Assembly (NCBI GenBank): GCA_963816185.1
Contig: CAWFJJ010000029.1
Span: 320,001 to 384,000 of the forward strand
Origin: Thermoanaerobaculia bacterium
GTDB taxonomy: Bacteria; Acidobacteriota; Thermoanaerobaculia; UBA5066
Direction of reading: 5' to 3'
DNA: 64,000 nucleotides
Shown here: one piece after another, positions 42,294 through 51,701 of the stretch
How the letters are laid out: each line of letters starts with the position of its first letter
How positions within the stretch are numbered: the stretch's first letter is position 1
Notes under the pieces: generated by a model
What the model saw: the letters and a program-made list of their open reading frames with translations, nothing else
What the model was told of the DNA's origin: nothing
Database searches by the model: none
Translations under genes and position numbers: made by a program

Positions 42294-42848
42294 ATGGCGA
42301 GGTGGTTCTTCGAGCCCGGGCACACGGCGGCGGAGTTCTGTGCGCGGCACATGATGGTCTCGTGCGTCCGCGGTCACTTCAAGAACGTGCACGGCACTCT
42401 GGAGTTCGACCCCGGGAACCCGAAGGTCTCCTCCGTCAAGGTCGAGATCGACGCCCGCGGGATCTGGACCGGGGAGCCGCAGCGTGACGCCCACCTGAAG
42501 AGCGCGGACTTTCTGGACGCGGAGCACCAGCCCACGATCACGTTCTCCGGAAACGAGGTCGAGCTCGTGGGCGACCACGACGCGCTCGTCACCGGCGATC
42601 TCACGATCCGCGGGAAGACGAAGAGGACGACGCTCAAAGTCCGCTACCTGGGGGAGTGGTCCACTCCCTGGTGGGAGGACGGCGTCGACAAGGGCCCGAA
42701 GCTCCGCGCCGGCTTCCTCGCGACGACGACCATCAACCGGCACGACTTCGGCGTGAGCTGGAACTCCCCGCTCGACCGCGGCGGCCTCGTCGTGGGAGCC
42801 GAGGTCGAGATCATCCTAGACGCCGAGGCGATCCGGGAGACGGCCTAA
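42294..42848 (+). CDS. YceI family (polyisoprenoid-binding) protein
   Basis: HT...F..RHMMVS.VRGHF, RDAHLKSADF, GDLTIRG, INRHDFGVSWN. Confidence 0.92.
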   Translation: MARWFFEPGHTAAEFCARHMMVSCVRGHFKNVHGTLEFDPGNPKVSSVKVEIDARGIWTGEPQRDAHLKSADFLDAEHQPTITFSGNEVELVGDHDALVTGDLTIRGKTKRTTLKVRYLGEWSTPWWEDGVDKGPKLRAGFLATTTINRHDFGVSWNSPLDRGGLVVGAEVEIILDAEAIRETA

Positions 42849-42858
42849 GGGACTTCCC

Positions 42859-44460
42859 TCAGCTCTTCCGGTAGTGGCAGCCCCGTGAGACCGGGTTCTT
42901 GAATGCCGCCGTCGCGATCAGGTGCGAGGCGCGCACGCCGTGGAAGAGGTCCACGATTTCCTTCGAGATCCGCGTCACCTGATAGAAGCGCAGGATGCGC
43001 TTCTCGAGGTCGCGCAGGTCGGCCACGGCGCGCGCGAGGCGCGCCGTCGTGCGCACGATGCCGACGTAATTCCACATCGTGTTGCGGATCGTCGCCCAGT
43101 CCTGCTGCAGGAGAGCCGGGTCCTCGTTCTGCGCCTCGCCCGGCGACTTCCAGTCCGGGATCGCGCGAAAGACGCTCGCCGGGTTCCCGCTCCCTTTCTT
43201 GAGGCCCCGCGCGATGGATGACCCCGCCGCCTCGCCCCAGACGAGGCCCTCGAGAAGAGACGTCGAGGCCAGGCGGTTCGCCCCGTGCACGCCCGTGCAG
43301 GACACCTCGCCCACGGCGTACAGCCGCCGGATCGTGGTCCGCCCCTCGAGGTCCGCGAGGACTCCGCCGCAGTGGTAGTGCGCTGCCGGCACGACGGGGA
43401 TCGGCTCGGTCGCGATGTCGATGTCGAACTTCTCGCACGTGGCGGCGATCGTCGGAAAGCGCTCGCGGATGCCCTGTCCGTTGTGGGCCTTGTAGTGATG
43501 CGCGAGGTCGAGGTAGACGCAGGGCTCGCCGCGCGTCGTCATCTCCTCGACGATCGCGCGCGTCACGACGTCGCGCGGCGCGAGGTCCTTGAGCTGCGGA
43601 GCGTACCGCTGCATGAACGCCTCGCCCACGCGGTTCACGAGCACGGCGCCTTCGCCGCGCAGGGCTTCCGAGATGAGGAACCCCTCGGCTTCGGGGTGAT
43701 AGAGCGTGGTCGGATGGAATTGCACGTACTCGAGGTTCAGCGTGGCCGCGCCCGCCCGCTCGGCCATCGCGAGGCCGCCGCCGATCGCATGGCGCGTGTT
43801 CGTAGTGTGGAGGAAGAGCCGCCCGACTCCGCCCGTCGCCAGGACGGTGAAATCCGCGAGGACGGTGTGGACTTTTCCCTTCCGGTCGAGGACGTAGGCG
43901 CCGAGGCAGGGGTCCTGAAGCGCGTACCGCTGGGCGACGTCGCGCGAGTGGTGGCGCGCCGTGATGAGGTCGATCGCGGTCGCCTCCGTGAGCAGCGTGA
44001 CGTTTCTCTCGGAGGTGAGGTGAACGAGGAGAGCGTTCTCGATCGCCCGCCCCGTGGCGTCGGCCGAGTGGACGATGCGGGCGATCGAGTGCGCGCCCTC
44101 GCGCGTGAAGTCCAACTCGCCGTGCGTCGTGCGCGAGAAAGGCACGCCGACCGTATCGAGCAGGATGTCTTTCACGACCTCGGGGCCGCGCCGCGCGAGA
44201 GACGCGACCGCCTCCGGCTGGCAGAGACCCGCCCCGGCCCTGAGGATGTCCTTGACGAGAGAGCGCGGCGAGTCCTTCTTCCCGAAGTAGATGATGCCGC
44301 CCTGCGCCCACGCCGTGTTGCAGTCCTCGGGCTGCTTCGCCTTCGTGAGGACGACGACCTTGACGCCGCGTCGCGCGAGCGTGAGGGCGGCGGTCAGGCC
44401 CGCGATGCCCGTGCCGAGCACGAGGACGGGCGTGTGAACGCGCGAGGGGAAGGCTTTCAT
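42859..44460 (-). CDS. nadB: L-aspartate oxidase
   Basis: GTGIAG, AQGGI, REGAHS..RI, QFHPT, SEALRGEG, LAPRD, HYHCGG, HGANRLASTSL. Confidence 0.94.
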   Translation of the reverse strand: MKAFPSRVHTPVLVLGTGIAGLTAALTLARRGVKVVVLTKAKQPEDCNTAWAQGGIIYFGKKDSPRSLVKDILRAGAGLCQPEAVASLARRGPEVVKDILLDTVGVPFSRTTHGELDFTREGAHSIARIVHSADATGRAIENALLVHLTSERNVTLLTEATAIDLITARHHSRDVAQRYALQDPCLGAYVLDRKGKVHTVLADFTVLATGGVGRLFLHTTNTRHAIGGGLAMAERAGAATLNLEYVQFHPTTLYHPEAEGFLISEALRGEGAVLVNRVGEAFMQRYAPQLKDLAPRDVVTRAIVEEMTTRGEPCVYLDLAHHYKAHNGQGIRERFPTIAATCEKFDIDIATEPIPVVPAAHYHCGGVLADLEGRTTIRRLYAVGEVSCTGVHGANRLASTSLLEGLVWGEAAGSSIARGLKKGSGNPASVFRAIPDWKSPGEAQNEDPALLQQDWATIRNTMWNYVGIVRTTARLARAVADLRDLEKRILRFYQVTRISKEIVDLFHGVRASHLIATAAFKNPVSRGCHYRKS

Positions 44461-45446
44461 GTCTTCTTTGGGCGGCGACCGGTCGTCCGGGGAGGCCGCC
44501 GGGGATTTCTCAGATGGCGCGTGAGGTCGGGCGGCACGGCGGACGCCCTGCGCCGCGCCCGTTGACCGCTCTTGTCGACCTCCAAAGCGATGTCGATCGC
44601 CCGTGCCGAGTGGGTCAACGCGCCCGCCGACACGAAATCGACGCCGGCGTCCGCGGCGGCGCGGGCCGTCTCGGGCGTCATGCGGCCGGAGGCTTCGGTC
44701 GTGACGTCGCGACCCGTGGCCTCGTTGAAGAGATGGACGTCTTCGACGGCTTTCCGAATCGCATCCGCCGTCATGTTGTCCAGGAGCACCCGCTCGGCGC
44801 CCGCGTCGAGCGCCTGATGCACCTCGTCGAGGGTGCGCGCCTCCGCCTCCAGAAGGAGCCCGTGGAGGCGGTGGTTCAGCGCGCGAAAGTCTCCGGCGCG
44901 CCGCGTCGCCTCCCAGGTCGAGCCGGCGCCGTCCGCGTGGTTATCCTTGACGAGGAAGCCGCCGGAAAGACCGGGGCGATGATTCGTGCCCCCGCCGCAG
45001 CGCACGGCGTAACGCTCGAACGCGCGCAGGGAAGGCGTCGTCTTCCTCGTGTCGAGAAGGACGGCCTTCGTACCCTTCAGAGCGTCGACGTAGGCACGGG
45101 TCATCGTCGCGATTCCGGAGAGCCGCTGGACGAGGTTGAGCCCGATGCGTTCGGCCGCGAGCACGGTGATCGCCGGCCCTTCGATCTCGGCGAGAACCGC
45201 GCCCGGCTCCACGAGGTCGGCGTCCGAGACGCCGAGCGTGACGCGGGCGGGCGGGGAGAGGAAGGCGAAGAGGCGGGGCAGGAACGCGGCCCCCGAAACG
45301 ACGGCGTGCTCGCGGCAGACCATCTTCGCGGCCACGCGCGCGGCCGGTCCGAAGACCGCGAGGGACGTGACGTCCTCGCCTTCCTCGGCGAAGGCGCGCG
45401 TCAGGAGATCGTCGAGGGCGGCCGTGAGGGTTTTCGGGAGGCTCAT
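44457..45446 (-). CDS. nadC: Quinolinate phosphoribosyltransferase
   Basis: LSGIAT, DTRKT.P, NHR, KDNH, LLDN, EASG, SAGALTHS; start taken at MSLPK. Confidence 0.93.
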   Translation of the reverse strand: MSLPKTLTAALDDLLTRAFAEEGEDVTSLAVFGPAARVAAKMVCREHAVVSGAAFLPRLFAFLSPPARVTLGVSDADLVEPGAVLAEIEGPAITVLAAERIGLNLVQRLSGIATMTRAYVDALKGTKAVLLDTRKTTPSLRAFERYAVRCGGGTNHRPGLSGGFLVKDNHADGAGSTWEATRRAGDFRALNHRLHGLLLEAEARTLDEVHQALDAGAERVLLDNMTADAIRKAVEDVHLFNEATGRDVTTEASGRMTPETARAAADAGVDFVSAGALTHSARAIDIALEVDKSGQRARRRASAVPPDLTRHLRNPRRPPRTTGRRPKKT

Positions 45447-45535
45447 CTTGAGCTTGCAGAATACTTGACGGCCCGATTCCTCCGGTTTCGGAACATAATT
45501 CACCGTTTGCGCCGTCATCTCTCGAGGAGGAACTC

Positions 45536-47761
45536 TTGAAAACCCGTCTCAACCTCGTCCTTGCTCTCTGTCTTCTGTCCACCGCGTCTCGCGCGGACGA
45601 AGGCATGTGGATGCCGCAGCAGATCCCGCAGCTCGCCGAGCGGCTGAGGGCGATGGGCTTCCAGGGCGATCCTCAGGCCTTTGCCGATCTCACCGGCCAG
45701 CCCATGGGAGCGATCGTGTCCCTGGGCGGCTGCAGCGCCTCCTTCATCTCGCCGGACGGACTCATCGTCACGAACAACCACTGCGTGCAGGGCGCGCTCC
45801 AGTACAACTCGAAGTCCGACCACAACCTCATGATCGACGGCTACCTCGCGAAGTCGCGCGCGGACGAGCTGTGGAGCGGGCCAGGCTCCCGTGTCTTCGT
45901 GACCGTGTCGGTCAAGGAAGTCACCGGTGAGATCGCCGGGAACATCGACTCGCGAACCGCGGACCGCAAGAGGTTCGACGTCGTCGAGCATCGCGTCAAG
46001 GCGAAGACGGCGGAATGCGAGAAAGCCGGCCTGCGCTGCACGGTCGCGCCGTTCTTCGAAGGCCTCAAGTGGTTCGAGATCGCCCAGCTCGAGATCCAGG
46101 ACGTGAGGCTCGTCTACGCGCCGGCGGCCGGCATCGGCAACTTCGGCGGCGAGACGGACAACTGGCAATGGCCACGCCACACGGGCGATTGGTCTTTCAC
46201 CCGGGCGTACGTGTCTCCGTCCGGCAAGTCCGTGCCGTACGCGAAGGAGAACGTCCCCTTCAAGCCGAAGCACTGGCTCAAGGTCTCCCCCGCGGGCGTG
46301 AATCCCGGCGACCTCGTCTTCGTCGTGGGCTATCCCGGGCGTACGTACCGCCTGAACGCGTACGACGAGGTCAAGGAGACGGTCGAGTGGACCCTCCCGC
46401 GCGCGATCAAGCGCTCCACGGACCGGATCGCGATCCTGGAGAAGCTCGCGAAAGAGGACAAGGAAACGTCTCTACACGTCGCGCAGGCGATCCGCGGTCT
46501 CAACAACGGCCTCACGAAGAACAAGGGCGTCCTGCAAGGGATGATCAAGGGCGGCCTTCTCTTCGACAAGGCGCAGGCGGAGAGGGACTTCGTGAAGTGG
46601 ATCGACGCCGAACCCGCCCGCAAGACGACGTACGGCTTCGTGATCCCGTCGCTCGACGCCCTCGTCGCCCGACATGCGAAGACGCGCGAGCGAGACGCGC
46701 TCCTCACGGAGCTCTCCGGCACGACGAGAATGACGATCGGCTCGGCGCTCGCGTCCGCCGAGGGGCTGTACCGCTTCGCGATCGAGAAGGCGAAGAAGGA
46801 CATCGACCGCGACCCGGCTTTCCAGGAGCGCAACTGGGGGCGCATTCGCGATGCACAGGAACGAGCCCAGCGCACGCTCGACCGGAAGGCCGACCGTGCC
46901 CTGATGCGCTACGCCCTCGTGGATGTCGCGAGGCTCCCGGCGGACCAGCGGATCGAGGCCCTCGACAAGGGGATCGGCCTGAAGCCGGGGATGAGCGAGG
47001 CCGGCGCGGGAAAGGCGATCGACGCGTGGCTCGACAAGCTCATCGCCGGGACGAAGATCTATGACAAGGCCTTCCGGATGTCCCTCCTCGACGAGAAGTC
47101 CAGAACGGATCTCCTCGCGACGAAGGACTCGATGGTCCTCCTCGCCGCCGAGCTCTACCCGCTTGAGGACGCGAACCGCGAGAAGGACAAGGAGCGCGAG
47201 GGCGCTCTCTACCGCCTCGGGCCACGGTACGCGGAGGCGCTCCTCGCGAAGAACGGCGGGCTCGTCTCGCCGGACGCGAACTCCACGCTCCGCGTCACGT
47301 ACGGCAGGGTTCTCGGCGTCCCGGAGAGGGACGGGCTCATCTACTCTCCTCAGACGACGCTTGCGGGCGTGTCCGAGAAAGCGACGGGCGAGGGCGAGTT
47401 CAACGCCCCGAAGGCCGAGCTCGACGCGATCAAGGCGCTCCGGGCGGGGAAGGCGAGCCCCTACGTCGACCCGAAGCTCGGCGACGTGCCGGTGAACTTC
47501 CTTTCGACCGTCGACACGACGGGCGGCAACTCGGGCTCGGCCACGCTCGACGCGAAGGGCGAGCTCTGCGGCCTCCTGTTCGACGGCACGTTCGACACGG
47601 TCGCTTCCGACTACCTCTTCGACCCCGTCAAGACGCGTTCGATCCACGTCGACAGCCGCTACATGCTCTGGACGATGACCGAGGTGGACGGCGCGACGAA
47701 CCTGCTCAAGGAGATGGGCGAGGCGCCGAGTCTCGACGTGAAGGCCGTCGGCTCCCGCTGA
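45536..47761 (+). CDS. S46 dipeptidyl peptidase (DPP7/DAP BII type)
   Basis: Signal peptide, DEGMW, TNNHC, GGETDNWQWPRHTGD, TGGNSGS; FDG (Gly, not the DPP11 Arg). Confidence 0.93.
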   Translation: MKTRLNLVLALCLLSTASRADEGMWMPQQIPQLAERLRAMGFQGDPQAFADLTGQPMGAIVSLGGCSASFISPDGLIVTNNHCVQGALQYNSKSDHNLMIDGYLAKSRADELWSGPGSRVFVTVSVKEVTGEIAGNIDSRTADRKRFDVVEHRVKAKTAECEKAGLRCTVAPFFEGLKWFEIAQLEIQDVRLVYAPAAGIGNFGGETDNWQWPRHTGDWSFTRAYVSPSGKSVPYAKENVPFKPKHWLKVSPAGVNPGDLVFVVGYPGRTYRLNAYDEVKETVEWTLPRAIKRSTDRIAILEKLAKEDKETSLHVAQAIRGLNNGLTKNKGVLQGMIKGGLLFDKAQAERDFVKWIDAEPARKTTYGFVIPSLDALVARHAKTRERDALLTELSGTTRMTIGSALASAEGLYRFAIEKAKKDIDRDPAFQERNWGRIRDAQERAQRTLDRKADRALMRYALVDVARLPADQRIEALDKGIGLKPGMSEAGAGKAIDAWLDKLIAGTKIYDKAFRMSLLDEKSRTDLLATKDSMVLLAAELYPLEDANREKDKEREGALYRLGPRYAEALLAKNGGLVSPDANSTLRVTYGRVLGVPERDGLIYSPQTTLAGVSEKATGEGEFNAPKAELDAIKALRAGKASPYVDPKLGDVPVNFLSTVDTTGGNSGSATLDAKGELCGLLFDGTFDTVASDYLFDPVKTRSIHVDSRYMLWTMTEVDGATNLLKEMGEAPSLDVKAVGSR

Positions 47762-47775
47762 ACTCGGGCAAGCGG

Positions 47776-48348
47776 TCAGCGCCCCGTCTTTTCCGCGGCG
47801 ATCGGGATAGCCGGGGAGCTCGTCAGCCCTCCGGAGGGGCTGGCCTCCACCACGAGGCCCGTGAACTCGATGGCACTGATCGAGGTCTCCACCGTGGTGG
47901 CCTGAACGCGGACGTGCCAGATCCGGGCGAGCCCGCGGAGCAGAGTCTCCCCCTGGTTCCCTCCCCCGACGAGGCAACCCTGCAGCTCGACCCGTGCCTG
48001 CGGAGAGAAGTAAGGGGTCAGATTCCGGAGATATGGCTCGAGCAGCTTGATGTTCGAGACCGCGATCGCGTTTCCGTCCTTTTCCGTGCTGTAATTTTCT
48101 TTTTTTCCGTTCTTGTCGTATCCGATCTCGCCGGCGATGTTGAAGACCCCCTGGTTTCCGTGAGAGTAGATCCTGAGGACGGAGACGCTTCCCGGGCCAG
48201 CCGCCGCCTGGATGACGTCCTTGACCATCTGGGCCACGGCGTTGGAAACGCTCAGGTTGCTCTCGATGACCGTCTTGCCGAGCTGCTGCAGCCGCCACTT
48301 CGTCCTGAGAAGGGCCCGATCAGAGATATCGACGACGGCGATCTCCAT
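47776..48348 (-). CDS. Stand-alone DUF4347-like (caspase/CPD-like fold) protein
   Basis: LRIYSHG...VELQGCLVGGG..GE.LL..LA..W.V.V.A; AGGAGG RBS; locally lower GC. Confidence 0.65.
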   Translation of the reverse strand: MEIAVVDISDRALLRTKWRLQQLGKTVIESNLSVSNAVAQMVKDVIQAAAGPGSVSVLRIYSHGNQGVFNIAGEIGYDKNGKKENYSTEKDGNAIAVSNIKLLEPYLRNLTPYFSPQARVELQGCLVGGGNQGETLLRGLARIWHVRVQATTVETSISAIEFTGLVVEASPSGGLTSSPAIPIAAEKTGR

Positions 48349-48447
48349 GACGTCCTCCTGGCGGCCTCCGGTAGCCCCATGTCATCCTTCTTATGCGTAG
48401 GATCGAGTCCGATCGTCTCATTCAATTCGCCGAGGTTTGTCGCGACC

Positions 48448-48463
48448 CGGCACGCCGGATGCT
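48448..48463 (+). promoter_or_regulatory. Putative sigma54 promoter
   Basis: CGGCACGCCGGATGCT with GG-N10-GC spacing, followed by GGAGG RBS and ATG 48491. Confidence 0.55.
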
Positions 48464-48490
48464 TCATTCCGGCGATGGGAGGGTGATCCG

Positions 48491-48643
48491 ATGATCCGGA
48501 AGCTGAAGTCCGGCGGTTACCGGCTCTATTCGCGAAGAAAAGACCCGAAGACAGGCCGGAAGTGGCACCTCGGGACGTTTTCGACGCTCGCCGCCGCAAA
48601 AAAGCACGAGCGCGCCGTCCAGTTCTTCAAACGGGCGGGATAA
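48491..48643 (+). CDS. 50-aa very basic hypothetical protein
   Basis: MIRKLKSGGYRLYSRRKDPKTGRKWHLGTFSTLAAAKKHERAVQFFK; strong RBS. Confidence 0.75.
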   Translation: MIRKLKSGGYRLYSRRKDPKTGRKWHLGTFSTLAAAKKHERAVQFFKRAG

Positions 48644-48666
48644 GAAACGTTCCCTTCGTCCGCGCC

Positions 48667-49761
48667 TCAGCTCGCGATCGAGGCGAGGATGATGAAGAGG
48701 AGCACGGCGGCGGCGATCGCGAGACCGATCTTGACCCACGACCACGGCGCCTTGCCTCCGACCTGACCCGTCACGCCGTTGACGAGGAAGCGATACGGCT
48801 TGCCGGCGTACTGATAGGCCGCGATCCAGACCGGCAGGAGGGCGTTCTTGTACGTCACCGCGGACCAGGCCGTGCGCACGTTCAGATTCCGGCTGCGGTC
48901 GCCCGGGACCTCGCGGCTGCACCCCGCGTAAATCTCCCGGCTCATGCGCTCTTGCGCCCGGAGAAGCGCGTCCTTCGCGCCGAGCGCGTACTCCTCGGCG
49001 AGAAAGCCCGAGAGGTACGACGGCTCGTAGGAAACCAGGTCGTGCGTGGGAAAGGGCTCGATCGAGACCGCGAGATCGGGCGGCAGGCCCTTCGACGCCG
49101 GCACCGGCACGTCGTCGAAGGCGTGCTCGTGGACGCCTTCGGCCGGCTCCCACCGCGTGCGCGTCTCGTAGCGCGTCACCCACTGGCCGTTCTCCTCGAC
49201 CTGAACCGACACCTGGTAGTCGAACCCGGCCTCCGCCGTCCACGCTGAGTGCGTCGCGGCGTCGAACGTCCAGAACGGCACGTAGACGCCTTTCAGCTCC
49301 GAAAGCGCGGATTTCTGCGAGAGATCGTCCGGCCGGAACCACAGGCCCGTGAGCCACTGGCGGAACTTTCCGCCCGCGGCATCGCGGTCCAGCCGAAAAG
49401 GGAGAAGCCCTTCGGGACGGACCATCGAGTCGTTCGCGGGCGCCTCGACGACCGAGGGCGCCCCGCAGAACGCGCAGCGCGACGCGGCGACGCCGGCGGC
49501 AAAAGTCGTCGTCGCGCCACAGCCGCGGCACGAGACGGCTTTCCGCGCCATGCCCCATCCGAGGTCGTGCGCGCCGGCGAGCGCCTCCTCGATCGGGTGC
49601 TCGCGTACCTCGGCGGCCGACTTGGGGAAGTGCCGTTCGGCCCCGCAATACGGACACTTCAACGAGGCGGCGCCGGGATTCCAGACGACGTCGGCTCCGC
49701 AGGCCGCGCACGGAAAGCTCCGAACCTTCGCCGGAGCGGCCGGCGACGCGCCTTCCTCCAT
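48667..49761 (-). CDS. Multi-zinc-ribbon membrane protein (YdjG-like)
   Basis: Four CxxC motifs (CAAC, CPYC, CRGC, CAFC), YVPFWTFD, LLPVW, VNGVTG, C-terminal TM. Confidence 0.8.
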   Translation of the reverse strand: MEEGASPAAPAKVRSFPCAACGADVVWNPGAASLKCPYCGAERHFPKSAAEVREHPIEEALAGAHDLGWGMARKAVSCRGCGATTTFAAGVAASRCAFCGAPSVVEAPANDSMVRPEGLLPFRLDRDAAGGKFRQWLTGLWFRPDDLSQKSALSELKGVYVPFWTFDAATHSAWTAEAGFDYQVSVQVEENGQWVTRYETRTRWEPAEGVHEHAFDDVPVPASKGLPPDLAVSIEPFPTHDLVSYEPSYLSGFLAEEYALGAKDALLRAQERMSREIYAGCSREVPGDRSRNLNVRTAWSAVTYKNALLPVWIAAYQYAGKPYRFLVNGVTGQVGGKAPWSWVKIGLAIAAAVLLFIILASIAS

Positions 49762-49774
49762 TCCGGACGTCGCG

Positions 49775-50938
49775 TCAGCGGGCGGGCGGCGGCGGAGGAG
49801 GCGGCGTGGGCGGAGCCGGAGCGGACGAGCCGGCGAACTCCGCGAACGTCGAAAGAGGCGCCCAACCCGCGGCACCGGGCTTCCACGCGAGCGTGCCTGG
49901 CGCCACCTGGCCGGCGGCCACCATCCCCTTCAAGGCGTCGTCCGTGTACGGGCCGTATGTCTTCCCGTCGATCGTGACCGACCAGCGCGGTGCGACGAAG
50001 CCGAGCCCCGCGGGCGGGGGCGGAGCGCCGGGCGCGGGCGGGGGACCGCCCATGCCGCTGGCCAGCGCGCCGCCCATCATTCCGCCCATCGCGATGCCCG
50101 CGCCGATGCCGACGCCGGCGCCCGCGGCGCCTCCCGGGTTCGCGGCCGCGACCTTCATCGCGTCGGCGGCCTGAAGCTGCGTGTACTGGCCCATGCGGTC
50201 GCCGAGGACGCCCAGCTTCGTGCGCTGGTCGATCGCGGCCTCGACCTCCTCGGGCAGCGAGACGTTCTCGATGAAGAACTTCGAGAGCTCGAGGCCGTAG
50301 GCCTGGAACTCGGGCCCGAGAATCTGCCGGGCGTGCAAGGAGAGCTCGTCGTACTTGGACGCGATGTCGAGCGCCGCGATCTTCGATTCGGCGATCGCGT
50401 CCGACAGGCGCGAGAGGATCGTCGAGCGGAGCTGGCCCGTGATCTCGTCCGTCGTCGTCAGGCCGTGCGTCCCGACGATCGTCGCGAAGAACGCCTTCGG
50501 GTCTGAGATCTTCATCGCGTACGTGCCGAACGCGCGCAGGCGGATCATCCCGAACTCCGCGTCGCGCATCATCACGGGGTTCGTCGTGCCCCACTTCAGG
50601 TCCGTGAAGAACCGCATGTTGAAGAAGTAGACCTCGGCCTTGAACGGCGATTGGAAGCCGTACTTCCACCCGCGCAGCGTCGTGAGGATCGGCATGTTCT
50701 GCGTCGTGAGCTGGTAGCGGCCCGGGCTGAAGAGGTCGGCCGCCTTCCCCTCGTTGATGAAGAGCGCGGCCTGGTTCTCGCGAACCGTGAGCTGCGCGTT
50801 CATCTTGATCTCCTGGTTGTAGACGGGGAAGCGGTAGACGAGCGAATCGTTCGTGTCGTCGAGCCACTGGAGGATCTCGATGAACTGCGAGCCGAGCTGG
50901 CTGCCGATCTGCTGTTTCAGGTTGTCGATCAGGCCCAT
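49775..50938 (-). CDS. SPFH (YdjI/Band_7_1-like) protein with C-terminal GYF_2 domain
   Basis: LTVRENQ, PFKAEVYF, KWGT.NP, RAFG.Y, ENVSLPEEV; C-terminal GPY...LAWKPG..GW. Confidence 0.87.
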   Translation of the reverse strand: MGLIDNLKQQIGSQLGSQFIEILQWLDDTNDSLVYRFPVYNQEIKMNAQLTVRENQAALFINEGKAADLFSPGRYQLTTQNMPILTTLRGWKYGFQSPFKAEVYFFNMRFFTDLKWGTTNPVMMRDAEFGMIRLRAFGTYAMKISDPKAFFATIVGTHGLTTTDEITGQLRSTILSRLSDAIAESKIAALDIASKYDELSLHARQILGPEFQAYGLELSKFFIENVSLPEEVEAAIDQRTKLGVLGDRMGQYTQLQAADAMKVAAANPGGAAGAGVGIGAGIAMGGMMGGALASGMGGPPPAPGAPPPPAGLGFVAPRWSVTIDGKTYGPYTDDALKGMVAAGQVAPGTLAWKPGAAGWAPLSTFAEFAGSSAPAPPTPPPPPPPAR

Positions 50939-51041
50939 GGGAGAACCTCCTTGGGGCGGAAAACAGATGATCCAGTCTATCCAATGATACGAATCCGGGG
51001 GGATGCGGGTTCAAGCCTCATCCGGAAGGACTTATGGGGGC

Positions 51042-51701
51042 TTAGGAGACCTCCGCGAACGCCCGCACGGGGAACGTCCCCATTCCCGCGACCTTGACGG
51101 GCACGGCGTAGAACCGGAAGCCTGACGCAGGCAGCTCGTCGAGGTTGCAGAGGTGCTCGACGACGGGAATGCCGGCGCGGAGGAGGATCGAGTGCACGGG
51201 CCGCGTCTTGTCGTTCGTGTCGTCGATGTTGTGCGAATCGATCCCGACGATCGCGGCGCCGCCCTTCACGAGGAGGGTTGCGGCGGCTTCGGTCAAATGA
51301 GAAGAGCGTTGAAGGTAAGCGGGCGTCCCCCAGAACGTGGACCAGCCTGTGAAGAAAAGGACGGCCCGACTCCTGACCTCTTTACCTTCTAAGAAATCTC
51401 CATTCACGGCGAGCCCCTGCGCATGCGGCGCCGCGATGAGAATGCCTTCTCGGCCTGCCAGCAAATCGAGTGAAAGGCCCGAAAGATCCGCGCCGTCCTC
51501 CCACCGGTGGAACGGCGCGTCCACGTACGTGCCCGTGTTCGCGACCATCTCGATCTTCCCGATCTGGAACGTCGTCCCGCCCGCGTAGAGCGGGCGAGAG
51601 GCCTCACGACTGAGGTGGTCTCGGATGACCGGGCCGGGCAGGCCCTTGTACGTGACCATGCCCGCTTCGACCGTGTGGCTGAGGTCGAGAAGGCGCGCCA
51701 T
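51042..51701 (-). CDS. Cyclase/kynurenine-formamidase-like protein
   Basis: DLSH, NTGTYVDAPFH, VGIDS, H..LL, VEHLCNL, PVRAFA. Confidence 0.88.
   Translation of the reverse strand: MARLLDLSHTVEAGMVTYKGLPGPVIRDHLSREASRPLYAGGTTFQIGKIEMVANTGTYVDAPFHRWEDGADLSGLSLDLLAGREGILIAAPHAQGLAVNGDFLEGKEVRSRAVLFFTGWSTFWGTPAYLQRSSHLTEAAATLLVKGGAAIVGIDSHNIDDTNDKTRPVHSILLRAGIPVVEHLCNLDELPASGFRFYAVPVKVAGMGTFPVRAFAEVS

Noticed and set aside
42859-45446. nadC-nadB without nadA
   Set aside because: nadA is often encoded elsewhere; this cannot be judged from one window.
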